Shown here one piece after another: positions 9,446 through 19,064 of a stretch of DNA of 64,000 nucleotides; the first letter of the stretch is position 1, and each line of letters begins with the position of its first letter. The DNA lies in NCBI GenBank assembly GCA_000146465.1, contig CP001952.1. One strand, written 5' to 3'. The notes beneath the pieces were generated by a model that did no database searches, was not told where the DNA came from, and saw only the letters and a program-made list of their open reading frames with translations. Made by a program: the position numbers and the translations under genes.

Positions 9446-11191
9446 ATGAAGGACCTGAGAACATATCTATCGGAAAGCAAGGTGGAACATCTATATCAAT
9501 TATTTGAGAGGCTTGGAATAGATGAGTCTCAGCTGTTAGCAAAACTTAAATATTCCGATTTGGAAAAAATAGGAATCGAGAATCTCATAGAAAGAAGAAA
9601 AGTTTTCGATATAATCAATGAGATCAACCAAGACATATACAAAGAGGATATAGAGATGAACGAAAATGACTCTTACAGAGATGAACTTCTTTCTTTTCCT
9701 TTTGGGCATAAGGAAGAAAGTAAGTGTGAGCACCAGCCTCTTGCTGGAAATATTGCAGAAAGGAGCAGCCTTTTGTTTGGAAGTGGAGAAACTATAAGCC
9801 AGAGATTATCTTTATGCTCTATGCCAAAAAGAAGTAGTCTTGAAAGATCTTTAATTGGGCTGGACGAGCTCGATCCAGATAGTAGCAGGACAATTTTGGA
9901 ATCACGCAACACAAATGCATCTGTCTTGGAGGATATTGTGGAGTCTGGGACAGGACTAGAAAAGATATCTGTGTGTGTTAGAAAAAGACCTACCACTAGT
10001 CCAAGTCTGGATATTGTTGATGTTGAAGGAAGAGGTGTTGTAGTCAATGAGGAAAAGCTTCGAGTGGATTTAAGGCCGTATATTGAACGTCATCGATTTG
10101 AATTTGATTACTCGTTTGATCTTGACAAGAAAAATATCGATGTATATAGGGAGTGTGTCAAAGGTGTTGTGAATCATGTGATTTCCGGGGGGTTTGGAAC
10201 CATTATAGCGTATGGACAGACTGGAACTGGAAAGACGTACACGATGCTGGAAAAGGACATAGGGATGGTCTATTTAGCAATTAAGGACCTTATGGCTTTC
10301 AAGAATTGTGGAGCCATAACGTTCTGCGAGATATACATGGGGCAGGTCCATGACCTATTGGATGAAGGGAAAATCATACAGCTGAGAGAAGTCAATGGGG
10401 TTGTGCATCTTTCTAACTCAAAAGAAGAGCAGTTCTGTGGATATAAAGAAGTACTTGAAATTATTGCCAAAGGAATGTCACTAAGGAAGACTGGTGTGAC
10501 AGGGGCAAACTCTAAGTCTTCAAGATCCCACGCAGTGATTCTGGTGAACTTTTCTGAAAGGAAAATAGAGAAGAATGATCAAAGAGTTCATTCAGGGTCG
10601 ATTGTATTTGTTGATCTTGCGGGGAGTGAGCGTGGAACAGACAGAAAGGAGATGGGATCAGACGTCAAGAACGAGGGTGCAGAAATTAACAAAAGTCTTC
10701 TGGCTTTGAAAGAGTGCATCAGAGGAATGGAGAAGGACAGGAAACATCTTCCGTTCCGCCAAAGTAAGCTAACACAAATACTTAAGAATTCATTTGTTGG
10801 GAAATCCAGAACCTGTTTGATAGCTACAATATCTCCAACACCTGAGAACGTTGAACATACTCTGAATACATTGAGATATGCAGCCCGAATAAAGGAAAGC
10901 ATTTTACCTCGAGAGAAGAGAAGTAGAGGGCCCTTCTGTGGTAGGACGTCTATAGGGCAAACCAAGTCATCTGATACAGAAACTAGAAAAGAAATCGAAA
11001 AGAGCCATCCTGATTCTCCCAGAACGGAATTGTTTAGTAGTAAAGAAAACCTTGTGTGCGAGATAAGAGAAATATTGCAGAGAGCCGAATCCAGGATTCC
11101 ATTACTAAAGACCTCAAAAGAACTTGAAAGGATGTTAGATCTCTGTAAAAAAATGGAGTATGAGATGGAATCTAATATAATGAAATATTAA
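9446..11191 (+). CDS. kinesin-13 family motor protein with an N-terminal SAM-like region
   Basis: P-loop GQTGTGKTYTM, switch II VDLAGSER, HLPFRQSKLT, and the kinesin-13 KEC motif (LLALKECIRGM). Motor domain is internal, as in MCAK/KIF24. Confidence 0.85.
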   Translation: MKDLRTYLSESKVEHLYQLFERLGIDESQLLAKLKYSDLEKIGIENLIERRKVFDIINEINQDIYKEDIEMNENDSYRDELLSFPFGHKEESKCEHQPLAGNIAERSSLLFGSGETISQRLSLCSMPKRSSLERSLIGLDELDPDSSRTILESRNTNASVLEDIVESGTGLEKISVCVRKRPTTSPSLDIVDVEGRGVVVNEEKLRVDLRPYIERHRFEFDYSFDLDKKNIDVYRECVKGVVNHVISGGFGTIIAYGQTGTGKTYTMLEKDIGMVYLAIKDLMAFKNCGAITFCEIYMGQVHDLLDEGKIIQLREVNGVVHLSNSKEEQFCGYKEVLEIIAKGMSLRKTGVTGANSKSSRSHAVILVNFSERKIEKNDQRVHSGSIVFVDLAGSERGTDRKEMGSDVKNEGAEINKSLLALKECIRGMEKDRKHLPFRQSKLTQILKNSFVGKSRTCLIATISPTPENVEHTLNTLRYAARIKESILPREKRSRGPFCGRTSIGQTKSSDTETRKEIEKSHPDSPRTELFSSKENLVCEIREILQRAESRIPLLKTSKELERMLDLCKKMEYEMESNIMKY

Positions 11192-11240
11192 ACTTTATAT
11201 CGAAATTCCGAAAACTTTTATACATTTACATTACTAAACC

Positions 11241-12558
11241 TAATTTAATTCAATTTCCGGCAGGATGCAGATATTAAACCAGTTATTAGTGGATGCGGCT
11301 GGTTAGGCCTTGCAGTGAACTCAGGATGGAATTGTACTCCGACAAAAAACGGATGCGATGTAAGCTCAAAGATCTTTGCTGCTCTTCTCTCGTCGCTGAA
11401 TCCTACAAACCTCAGGCCATACGAACATAGTGAGGAAACCTCGGATCGAACAACCTCGAACCGATGTCGGTGCCTCTCTCGGATCTTCTCCGCTCCAGAG
11501 TACAACCTCTTCACAAGTCCGTCCTCAAGCTCCACCTCGTATCCCCCAACTCGCAGTTTCTTATCAACCACTCCGTTCTTGTCGCTGATAAACCTGACAA
11601 CAAGGTTCTTCCCAGACGGGTTAAACTCCTCGGAAGATGCATCCTTCATCCCAAGAACGTTCCTGCACATCTCGATAATCGATAGTTGGTATCCAAGACA
11701 GATCCCAAGAAGAGGAATCCTGTTTTCCCGTGCATACCGGATCGCCGAGATCTTCCCCTCGATCCCCCGTGCTCCAAATCCTCCCGGAATGATAATTCCA
11801 TTGCACTTCTCAAGATCCTCTGTGGTGTACGAGTCTGCATTGATCCATTCAATCTCAACATTCACCCCCACAGACGCCCCAGAGAACCTCAATGCATGCA
11901 CAAGAGACGTGTAGCTGTCAAACTCCGGCGAGTACTTCCCCACTATCCCGATCCTTACTGTGTCCTCGTGCTTCTGCACAAGTCGTTCAAACGTCTCAAG
12001 TATCTCCCGATCCCCCTCCTTCGACGAAATCCCAAGCACCTTGTTCAGCGACTCAACCATTCCGTGCTCTTCAAGGAACTTCGGCACAAGATACACCGAC
12101 TCCAGATTCGGAAGCCCAAACACATTCCCAGGCTCCACCCAGCAGTTCTTCGATATCTTCTCCCGCGTCTCCTTGCTGGGGTCCCGCACTCCCCTGCACA
12201 CAATGATGTCGTAGCTGAGCCCGAATCTCCTGAAGTTCCTGCACCCCATCTGGATACTCTTTGTTTTCTGCTCCCCACTCTCTAGCTCTACAAGATGGTC
12301 TACAGACACAAATGCACAGTTGCTCCTTCCAACAATTCTCTGGAACTTTGCAAAGGCGTCTGTGTATATAGACGACTCGCTCTCTCCAACAGTTCCCCCA
12401 AGCTCGATAATCACCACGTCTGGGATGACCCTACGTCCGCTCTTGAAGTCTTCCACAGGAGTCTCCGCCACCATCTTAATTCTTCTGATAACATCGTCTA
12501 TTGCATGTGGATTAATCTGTAATGTCTTTCCAAGAAAATGACCCTCCTTCTCACGCTT
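11241..12558. repeat. copy 1 of a 1318-bp exact direct repeat (3' 1.3 kb of CTP synthase plus ~4 nt beyond the stop codon)
   Basis: Nucleotide-identical to 58109..59426 (offset 46868). All embedded spurious ORFs in the track are identical in both copies. Flanks on both sides diverge abruptly. Confidence 0.85.
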
Positions 12559-12852
12559 AATTAAATCTTCAAATAATCTTCCACTAGATAGACTGTTTTT
12601 TCTAGAAAGATCAGACATATTAAACCTTTCATAGTTTCCAAAATCCATATCGCATGTATGTCCATCGTCAAGTACATAGACCTCACCATGTTCCCGTGGA
12701 TGGATCTCCCCAGCATTGTAGTTCAAATAAGGATCTATCTTAAAATGAGTAGTGTTGTGCCCTCTTGACTTTAGTAAAACGCCAATGCTACTACTTACTA
12801 TACCTTTTCCAATACCAGAGATAACACTTCCACAAACCATAATATATTTCAT
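11245..12852 (-). CDS. URA7: CTP synthase, paralog A (535 aa)
   Basis: N-terminal synthetase P-loop GSVISGIGKG, C-terminal class-I glutamine amidotransferase (GICLGYQL, HPEF). Residues ~98-535 are identical to paralog B at 58113..59720. Confidence 0.9.
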   Translation of the reverse strand: MKYIMVCGSVISGIGKGIVSSSIGVLLKSRGHNTTHFKIDPYLNYNAGEIHPREHGEVYVLDDGHTCDMDFGNYERFNMSDLSRKNSLSSGRLFEDLIKREKEGHFLGKTLQINPHAIDDVIRRIKMVAETPVEDFKSGRRVIPDVVIIELGGTVGESESSIYTDAFAKFQRIVGRSNCAFVSVDHLVELESGEQKTKSIQMGCRNFRRFGLSYDIIVCRGVRDPSKETREKISKNCWVEPGNVFGLPNLESVYLVPKFLEEHGMVESLNKVLGISSKEGDREILETFERLVQKHEDTVRIGIVGKYSPEFDSYTSLVHALRFSGASVGVNVEIEWINADSYTTEDLEKCNGIIIPGGFGARGIEGKISAIRYARENRIPLLGICLGYQLSIIEMCRNVLGMKDASSEEFNPSGKNLVVRFISDKNGVVDKKLRVGGYEVELEDGLVKRLYSGAEKIRERHRHRFEVVRSEVSSLCSYGLRFVGFSDERRAAKIFELTSHPFFVGVQFHPEFTARPNQPHPLITGLISASCRKLN

Positions 12853-12926
12853 TTTTAGGGATGCCTGAGAATTAACTTCTTTGAAGGAATCTAGATATTC
12901 GGATAATTTAATTTTAATTACAAACT

Positions 12927-14546
12927 TTACTTATTTTCAATTTCACTCAATAAAAGTTTTTTGTCTTCAGATTCTTGAAAAACCAACGAGCAGAGAGAAA
13001 TAAACTCTTCTGAGGAGATAAAAAGCTTACCATTTCTATATCCTTCAATCACTTCCGCCCTATTTGAAGATAGCACTTGTTTGTAAGATTTCAACTTCCC
13101 TTGGCTTCCTATAGCTCCTGCAGGAAGGTGGAAGGAGAGATCAAGGATGTAATCAATCAATATTGGAAGGTTTTCAATAGTACTTCTCTTTGCCATTTTC
13201 AATTCCTGGATTTTCTTCATCAAGTTTTCACCAAGCATCTCAAAAAATTGGATTTCAAACAGACTCATATTAATTTCAGGTACAAACAACTCCATGTTTT
13301 CAACAAACTCCACATGCTTTTCTTTAAAATAGAGTTTGAGAGTTACTAAGGGCTCGTCAAGGGCTACATTGATCCTTGATGATTCCTTGATGACGTCAAA
13401 GAATAGTTCCTCTTTTCTTTTGGACAACTCGTCGGCAAGGCAATGCCCAGGATAAACCCTCAAGAAATGCGTTATGTCAGCAAACTCAATAAAATAGCTG
13501 TAAATGGAGGGCTCATATCTCTTCGGATCAAATAGCTTCTTTATCGCTCTATTAATAACTCTTACTCCCTTCTCATGTCTCTTTGACTTCAACTTTCTGA
13601 ATACTTCAAAGCATTTTTGAAATCTTTTATAGCTTGCAGAGATGGATTTTGGCATTCGATTGGAAAGTTCAAAGGTTTTGACGGCCTCCATGTCCCTTGG
13701 TCCCTTTGTCATCTCGATAATTTCCTTCATGACAACATCAAGCTTCCACTCGACAACATTGTGAATGTAAAATTCTGTATCTCGGAAGAAGGCATTGCTT
13801 GCTTCTATCGATTCGTCGGAGAGGTCTTCTTCCACAACTGCATTCTTCATATTGTCCCTTAAAACCCCAAATATCACGTGAGACATCATTTCATACTTCG
13901 AAATCTCCTCTAAACCCATTATAGCTTTTCCTACCAACTCACAGTGGGAAAGATCTCCGGATTGGCCTTTAAATACAAAAAACAGCGACAAGTCATCTTG
14001 AAAGACCTTTATGCCAATAGGCACAATGTTTAGCATATTCTTGTGTACTATTGACCTTAATGAAAAGTAGCATTTTTCTTGTATTTCCATGTATCTGGCT
14101 GAAAGCTGGAAAAGGGTTTCCACATCCTTTCCTATCTTGAAAACCATCGGCCCGTCGCCATGCCCGCTCTCTAGGTCCTCCACCTCCCCGGAGCCACAAG
14201 AGTTAATATATTTGAGAGCAATCGAGTGATTAAGAAATTCCAGCGATTTCTTTAGTACCACATCTCCATCAGCAATCTTAGAAAAAATTGCCTCTAGATC
14301 GCTTATACTTCTGCATTCCTTAGAACCCAAGGAGAGCTTTTCTATATCTTCAAGGATGTTTTGGTATTCATCACCAATCTTCTTTATTTCCTTCTCCAGG
14401 CTTATAGAATCAGTTCTCTTGATCTCCTTCTCTATTCGATCTAATTCCTTCTCTCGCCCAACCTTCTCATCTCGGAGTGAAAGATACCTTCCATAACACT
14501 CGTCAACATCCCTGATTTTGTTGAAGAGTTTGTCTATCTTTTCCAT
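12927..14546 (-). CDS. hypothetical helical protein, 539 aa (possible vesicle-tethering-complex-like subunit; speculative)
   Basis: Long ATG-initiated ORF with coiled-coil/helical composition. No diagnostic motif recognised. Confidence 0.5.
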   Translation of the reverse strand: MEKIDKLFNKIRDVDECYGRYLSLRDEKVGREKELDRIEKEIKRTDSISLEKEIKKIGDEYQNILEDIEKLSLGSKECRSISDLEAIFSKIADGDVVLKKSLEFLNHSIALKYINSCGSGEVEDLESGHGDGPMVFKIGKDVETLFQLSARYMEIQEKCYFSLRSIVHKNMLNIVPIGIKVFQDDLSLFFVFKGQSGDLSHCELVGKAIMGLEEISKYEMMSHVIFGVLRDNMKNAVVEEDLSDESIEASNAFFRDTEFYIHNVVEWKLDVVMKEIIEMTKGPRDMEAVKTFELSNRMPKSISASYKRFQKCFEVFRKLKSKRHEKGVRVINRAIKKLFDPKRYEPSIYSYFIEFADITHFLRVYPGHCLADELSKRKEELFFDVIKESSRINVALDEPLVTLKLYFKEKHVEFVENMELFVPEINMSLFEIQFFEMLGENLMKKIQELKMAKRSTIENLPILIDYILDLSFHLPAGAIGSQGKLKSYKQVLSSNRAEVIEGYRNGKLFISSEEFISLCSLVFQESEDKKLLLSEIENK

Positions 14547-14597
14547 CGGAGGGATAAAACCACTATTGCATATTCATCAGATATCCTTGAAGAGAAA

Positions 14598-15212
14598 ATG
14601 GATTTGGATGAAGATGTTTTATTTCTTGGAAACATTCCCGAGAGCTTCAACAACGAGCTTCTAATAGAGATGCTGAGTGTTTTTGGAGAGATTAAGGAGT
14701 TCAAGCGTGGTAAGGATCTAGAAGGGACAGACTCAAAGTGGGTGATTGTAAGTTACTATGAGAAATCATCGATCAGCAATCTCTATTGCAGCCTGCTGAA
14801 CAGAGACCTGGGACAGGGAATGGTGGTTGTTTTCCCGCAAAAAAAGGAATTACAAGCTTGGGAGGTCTCGGACGAGATACTCGGAAGAGTTGACGACATT
14901 GCAAAAAGATATAAAGAGAGACTCAAGAAAGAGGATTGCTTAGAGAAGTTTGTTTCCAGCTATGATTTGTTGTATGGTAGTACAGGAGATGGGCAAGTGT
15001 TTTCTGAAGCACTGTCAAAGTGGCTGGATGAAGAATCGGAAATACGCAGAAGATGCAGAAAGGCCGAGAATGACTTTGAAAGAACTGCAGAAAGGAAACG
15101 ACAGGAAGAATATTATTATCTATCAACTTATGACGATGACAGATCTAATGATTTATTTTATACTGATAGAGTTTCTTGGGCACTTAAAAGAAATAAAGAT
15201 GATGTTAAATAA
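14598..15212 (+). CDS. RRM-like RNA-binding protein with a charged C-terminal tail, 204 aa
   Basis: N-terminal RNP2-like LFLGNIP and FGEIKEF. The ER/K-rich C-terminus is typical of splicing or RNA-processing factors. Confidence 0.5.
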   Translation: MDLDEDVLFLGNIPESFNNELLIEMLSVFGEIKEFKRGKDLEGTDSKWVIVSYYEKSSISNLYCSLLNRDLGQGMVVVFPQKKELQAWEVSDEILGRVDDIAKRYKERLKKEDCLEKFVSSYDLLYGSTGDGQVFSEALSKWLDEESEIRRRCRKAENDFERTAERKRQEEYYYLSTYDDDRSNDLFYTDRVSWALKRNKDDVK

Positions 15213-15263
15213 ATTCGGAAGAGTCTGTTGGTAAGGAATTTATTTGTCTCCAAAATTTTGTGA

Positions 15264-15574
15264 ATGGAGGGTAATCTTGAGACAAGGATATCTAGGGCCT
15301 TGGAGAATGAGTTCAAACCTGCAGCCTTAGAGGTTAGGAACACTACTGCCAATCATGTGGCCCATAGGAAGCCCGAAGATGGAAAAGTTCTTGAAACACA
15401 TTTTTACGTCAGGGTGAAGTCTTCGGCATTCAACGGAATGGTAAGTTAATGATCGCCGTATAATTTAAGAGATTTGCAGACAGGCATAGGCTTGTATATA
15501 AGGCACTTGAATTTGCTTTTGAAAAAGGCCTTCATGCAATTGAGATGGATTGCGATTCTGACGTCCAAGAGTGA
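15264..15574 (+). CDS. BOLA: BolA-like protein. Spliced as join(15264..15440,15470..15574), 93 aa.
   Basis: Exon 1 ends ...HFYVRVKSSAFNGM (BolA core). The track ORF stops 2 codons into GTAAGT. Removing a 29-nt GTAAGT...TAATTTAAG intron continues in frame with RFADRHRLVYKALEFAFEKGLHAIEM..., the conserved BolA C-terminal RHRLVY/HAL motif. Confidence 0.7.
15441..15469 (+). other. spliceosomal intron (29 nt) in the BolA-like gene
   Basis: 5' GTAAGT. 3' TAATTT-A-AG. Splicing restores the conserved BolA C-terminus in frame. Confidence 0.65.
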
Positions 15575-15719
15575 CTAGGATTATCTTTCTTTAATTTAAA
15601 TTTAATTTGATTTGATTTAATGGTGCCTTTGTCTTAGAAACTTCAATTTATACCTTTTTGGTAAAAAGAATTTATTCTTTTTTTTGTTTTACTTTAAATA
15701 ATGAACAAGGTTTTTGGCC

Positions 15720-16469
15720 ATGCTTCACCTATTATATCTTGCATTTGCCTTGTGCCATGAAGTTCCTGATGTATGCACTAGTTCTGGGATGATAGCAATC
15801 AACTTTGTAGATGGACCAGTCAGGGGAGTGACCGATAAGGTTCTAAACACTCTGGAAGAGCTTGGCGTGAAAGCTACTTTTTCGTTTACGGTGAACCAGA
15901 AAGCCGTCGGAAATGTAGGGCAGTTGTATAGGAGAGCAGTCAACGAAGGACATACTGTAGGATTGAGAGTCGATCCAAGGATGGATGAGGGATACCAAGA
16001 TATGTCTCAAGAGGCCTTGGAAGATAATATTGACCGGGAGATAGATACAATCGACGGACTCAGTGGAACTGAGGTGAGATATGCGTCTGTGCCCATATCC
16101 AATGGAGAGGTTAGCTCTGAGCTATATACCATCCTTACCCAGAGAGGTGTTCTTCCCCTAGGATATACCTTCTGCCCATATGACTACGACGACCCTATAG
16201 CCGAATTCGAAGCCATGATAGAAGGATCAGATCCCAAACACCATTCCTTCATCATCTTAATGCATGACGGACAGGAGGGAGATACTTCACGCTTGGAGAA
16301 GATGGTGGAGATAGGAGAGAAAAAGGGATATACTTTTACTAACATGGATGAATGTCTTCGAGGCTATAAAGGCTCTCCTGGAGATCCGGAGCTCAATCTC
16401 AGAGGAAAGGGTGCTGCAAGCCTCGCTACGTTCCTCCCTTTCTTCATGCTATTGGGGCGACTTCTCTAA
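15720..16469 (+). CDS. CDA: polysaccharide/chitin deacetylase (NodB domain), secreted with a hydrophobic C-terminus
   Basis: Signal peptide [15 protein letters not shown]. NodB-type fold (FVDGP..., [15 protein letters not shown]). C-terminal hydrophobic tail [18 protein letters not shown] suggests a GPI or TM anchor. The track start at 15714 is TTG. First ATG is at 15720. Confidence 0.85.
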   Translation: MLHLLYLAFALCHEVPDVCTSSGMIAINFVDGPVRGVTDKVLNTLEELGVKATFSFTVNQKAVGNVGQLYRRAVNEGHTVGLRVDPRMDEGYQDMSQEALEDNIDREIDTIDGLSGTEVRYASVPISNGEVSSELYTILTQRGVLPLGYTFCPYDYDDPIAEFEAMIEGSDPKHHSFIILMHDGQEGDTSRLEKMVEIGEKKGYTFTNMDECLRGYKGSPGDPELNLRGKGAASLATFLPFFMLLGRLL

Positions 16470-16657
16470 AGTATAAATAAATATACAAATCTTATGATCA
16501 TGTAATTATTTAATGGGCTCATGAATGCCTTCGGCATAGAAATCCATGTACTGTGTGATCTCTCTATCGTTAGTCCCATATTTCTCGATATGGGAATGTG
16601 TTTATAGAGACAGGACTTAAGCGTTAAGCACGACAATAGGCTTTATATTCTATATTT

Positions 16658-17659
16658 TTAGGATATTTCTTCCTCCTTTTCATCAGAGGTCTCCTGACAG
16701 CGGGAATCAAGCAAACACAGGCTGGGAGGAAGCAGAAGGTTACATTCGGAGCAGAACCGGATGGTGTCTTTGCTTACGTCGTAGTACCCGGGATATGGCT
16801 GGTAAGAAAGATGAAATTTACCATATCGGTTCTCCACAAACCCATATCCCTCGTGTACAGACTGCTTAATGTCAAACCCGTTCACGTGGTTGAAGTCTGG
16901 ACTAAAGAAATATCTATTCATCAAAAACTCCACATCAGAGACCCACCCGCTGTATGGGCCAGGCGACTTCCGGGCGTAGTACTTTGCTCCTTCAATTCCT
17001 AACCAATGAAATGCATCTCTTATCCATTCCAAAGCAAAATTGAAATCTTCGTCTCCATCGGAGATCTCAGTACTCTTGAGACAGTAGTTTGCAATAAGGA
17101 CAAATTTGTCTAGTTCACTAAAAAACTCCTCAAGAAGATGCTTTAACTTGATTTCCTTCTTCAAGCTCTTGGTCTTTTGCTTGAAGTAAAGGTCTTCAAG
17201 AACCACAGTATAGTTATTTCTTCCTTCTGCATTGCATAGGAACTTCGGATTTGGATGGTTCCTTCTATTTTTCTCGATAGCCATATCAGAGATACTTGGA
17301 GTCTTGATATTTTTATATAGATTCTCTGCCTCCTTGAGAGAATATATACTCAAAAGCCCCTCACATTCGTCTGAATCTTTGCAATCAGAACTGCTACTGC
17401 CATCATTGCTTGATAAATCTTCTTTATTTTCCTCATGGAGATCTTTAGAGGTAATAAATGGCCCTACTTTGGAATCCGAGTATCCAAGATTAAGACTTTC
17501 TTCTTCGCAATTTTCAACAGAAGTGCCGTTCTTGAACAACTGTTGTATCTTCATTTTCTCTAAAGAGGACTTTTTCAATCTTGTTGGATCATTGCTTATG
17601 TCTAACTCCACGTCATTCAAGGAGCTCTTAATTCCTTCCTTTCTTCCAGAAACTTCCAT
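16658..17659 (-). CDS. hypothetical protein, 333 aa (acidic S-rich N-terminus, Cys-rich C-terminus)
   Basis: Track start at 17662 is TTG. The ATG at 17657-17659 is followed by a GGG motif. Possible C-terminal CxxC...C...C knuckle. Family not recognised. Confidence 0.5.
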   Translation of the reverse strand: MEVSGRKEGIKSSLNDVELDISNDPTRLKKSSLEKMKIQQLFKNGTSVENCEEESLNLGYSDSKVGPFITSKDLHEENKEDLSSNDGSSSSDCKDSDECEGLLSIYSLKEAENLYKNIKTPSISDMAIEKNRRNHPNPKFLCNAEGRNNYTVVLEDLYFKQKTKSLKKEIKLKHLLEEFFSELDKFVLIANYCLKSTEISDGDEDFNFALEWIRDAFHWLGIEGAKYYARKSPGPYSGWVSDVEFLMNRYFFSPDFNHVNGFDIKQSVHEGYGFVENRYGKFHLSYQPYPGYYDVSKDTIRFCSECNLLLPPSLCLLDSRCQETSDEKEEEIS

Positions 17660-17725
17660 CAAGGGTTGAGAAGGGTGGCGCCTGTAAAGACTCAGTTCAA
17701 TTTTAGCCCAAAAGAAAGAACATAC

Positions 17726-17920
17726 ATGAATGTTAGAGAGTCATTCATCAGTACAAGAAAGACAAATGTGTCTAGAGAAGATTCCGAGAAAGATTGCTAT
17801 GAGGAGGAATACTATAAATGGAGGATACGTGATTTGAAGAGAAAGATAAGAGACATTAGGAAAGAAATCATTCGGGCAAAGAACATTGGAACTTCCGGAA
17901 ATGATCCTAAAATTTATTGA
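17726..17920 (+). CDS. possible small basic coiled-coil protein (64 aa). Doubtful.
   Basis: ATG at 17726 preceded by CCC. It overlaps the 3' end of the TrpRS gene by ~14 nt on the opposite strand. K/R/E-rich (YYKWRIRDLKRKIRDIRKEIIRAK). Could be noise. Confidence 0.2.
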   Translation: MNVRESFISTRKTNVSREDSEKDCYEEEYYKWRIRDLKRKIRDIRKEIIRAKNIGTSGNDPKIY

Positions 17921-19064
17921 TGTCCATAAATACTTTCAAGTCTTCATCGGTAATCTTCTTTCGGGATTCTTGATACCTTAAAACAAATTCTTGAACAATA
18001 GAAATACATTTCTCCTTCATTTCCCTGCTGGTAATCTCTCCCTTAATGTATCCCAACCGATATCTTTCAAGCTCCTGATCATCATCCAAGAAATATCTCA
18101 GATATTCAAATGGGACATCCACATCGATATTTCCTCCCTTTTCCCGATGTTCTTCCAATGTTTCCCTACCCCCAGAATAAGCATGCACTGTAATCTTCTT
18201 TCGTATTGTTTCCGGTGTATCGTCCAAATATATGGAGCTATTTGGATCGCTAGCAGACATCTTTCTATTCACACCTTTGAGATCTGGAAGAAGGGATACG
18301 TATGCAGACGAAGGCTTTCTCTCCCCAAGCGTATTTGCTTTGTCTCTTGCCAACCTGAAGAACGGGTCCTGATCAACTGCTGCAAAAACAAGACACATTG
18401 CATCCTCTTCAATAAATTTAAAAGAGCTTGGAAAGCAGGGTGCTATTTCTTTTGATGGAAATCCCACCTGCCCTATGTTGCTGGATGTGTTGAATCCAAA
18501 GATCTTAGATACCTCATTGAAGTTGATTGTCTTCGATATCTTCAGGACATTTTTTTCGAAGTGATGAGAAGATTCAACATTAGAAAATATATACGTCAGT
18601 TTTGGATCAAAACCTAGTGCTATAATATCCTTCATGTTTTCTTTCCCATACGATATAGCATCCTCGAGTTTCATATTTTTCCACAGGAACTTCTCGTCGT
18701 CAGTTATTTGAATTACAAGATGTACTTTGAAAGTGTCCTGAATGTACTTACAAAGAAGGAAGGGGATGATGTGGCCAATATGCATTGCCTTCGAGCTGGG
18801 GCCTCTTCCTGTGTACAGATAGAATGACTTGTTCTTGGATACTTCATCAAGCAAAAGGTTAAAATCCCTGTGCCCAAAAACTATGCCTCTCCTAAAGAAG
18901 TAGTGTGCTGGCTTGTTTGTAAGTTGTTCTAAACGCTTCACTAGATCCTGATTAAAGCGCTCGCAGCCAAACTGATTAACTACCTTGTCGTAGTCGATGG
19001 CCACAGGCGTCTCGCTTGTAGATACAACTTCCACGTCCCAAGGTGTAATCTTTTGTTCTTCCAT
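17907..19064 (-). CDS. WRS1: tryptophanyl-tRNA synthetase (cytoplasmic type)
   Basis: HIGH motif (SSKAMHIGHIIPF) and KMSAS motif (RKMSASDPNSSIYL). Strong overall match to eukaryotic TrpRS (VIQITDDEKFLWK). Confidence 0.9.
   Translation of the reverse strand: MEEQKITPWDVEVVSTSETPVAIDYDKVVNQFGCERFNQDLVKRLEQLTNKPAHYFFRRGIVFGHRDFNLLLDEVSKNKSFYLYTGRGPSSKAMHIGHIIPFLLCKYIQDTFKVHLVIQITDDEKFLWKNMKLEDAISYGKENMKDIIALGFDPKLTYIFSNVESSHHFEKNVLKISKTINFNEVSKIFGFNTSSNIGQVGFPSKEIAPCFPSSFKFIEEDAMCLVFAAVDQDPFFRLARDKANTLGERKPSSAYVSLLPDLKGVNRKMSASDPNSSIYLDDTPETIRKKITVHAYSGGRETLEEHREKGGNIDVDVPFEYLRYFLDDDQELERYRLGYIKGEITSREMKEKCISIVQEFVLRYQESRKKITDEDLKVFMDINKF

Noticed and set aside
9719-9724. GTAAGT inside the kinesin gene
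   Set aside because: The kinesin ORF is continuous and conserved across this site (HKEESKCEH). No downstream TAATTT-N-AG element. Chance occurrence.
11315-12285. Multiple 73-199-aa plus-strand ORFs inside CTP synthase, duplicated at 58183-59153
   Set aside because: They are antisense or out-of-frame reading of the CTP synthase CDS (P/S/R-rich). Their exact duplication only reflects the 1318-bp identical DNA tract.
15575-15719. AT-rich low-complexity spacer with short tandem repeats (ttaattt / gattt) upstream of the chitin deacetylase gene
   Set aside because: Too short and too degenerate to call a repeat family, mobile element or CRISPR-like array. Treated as ordinary, if unusually long, intergenic promoter sequence.
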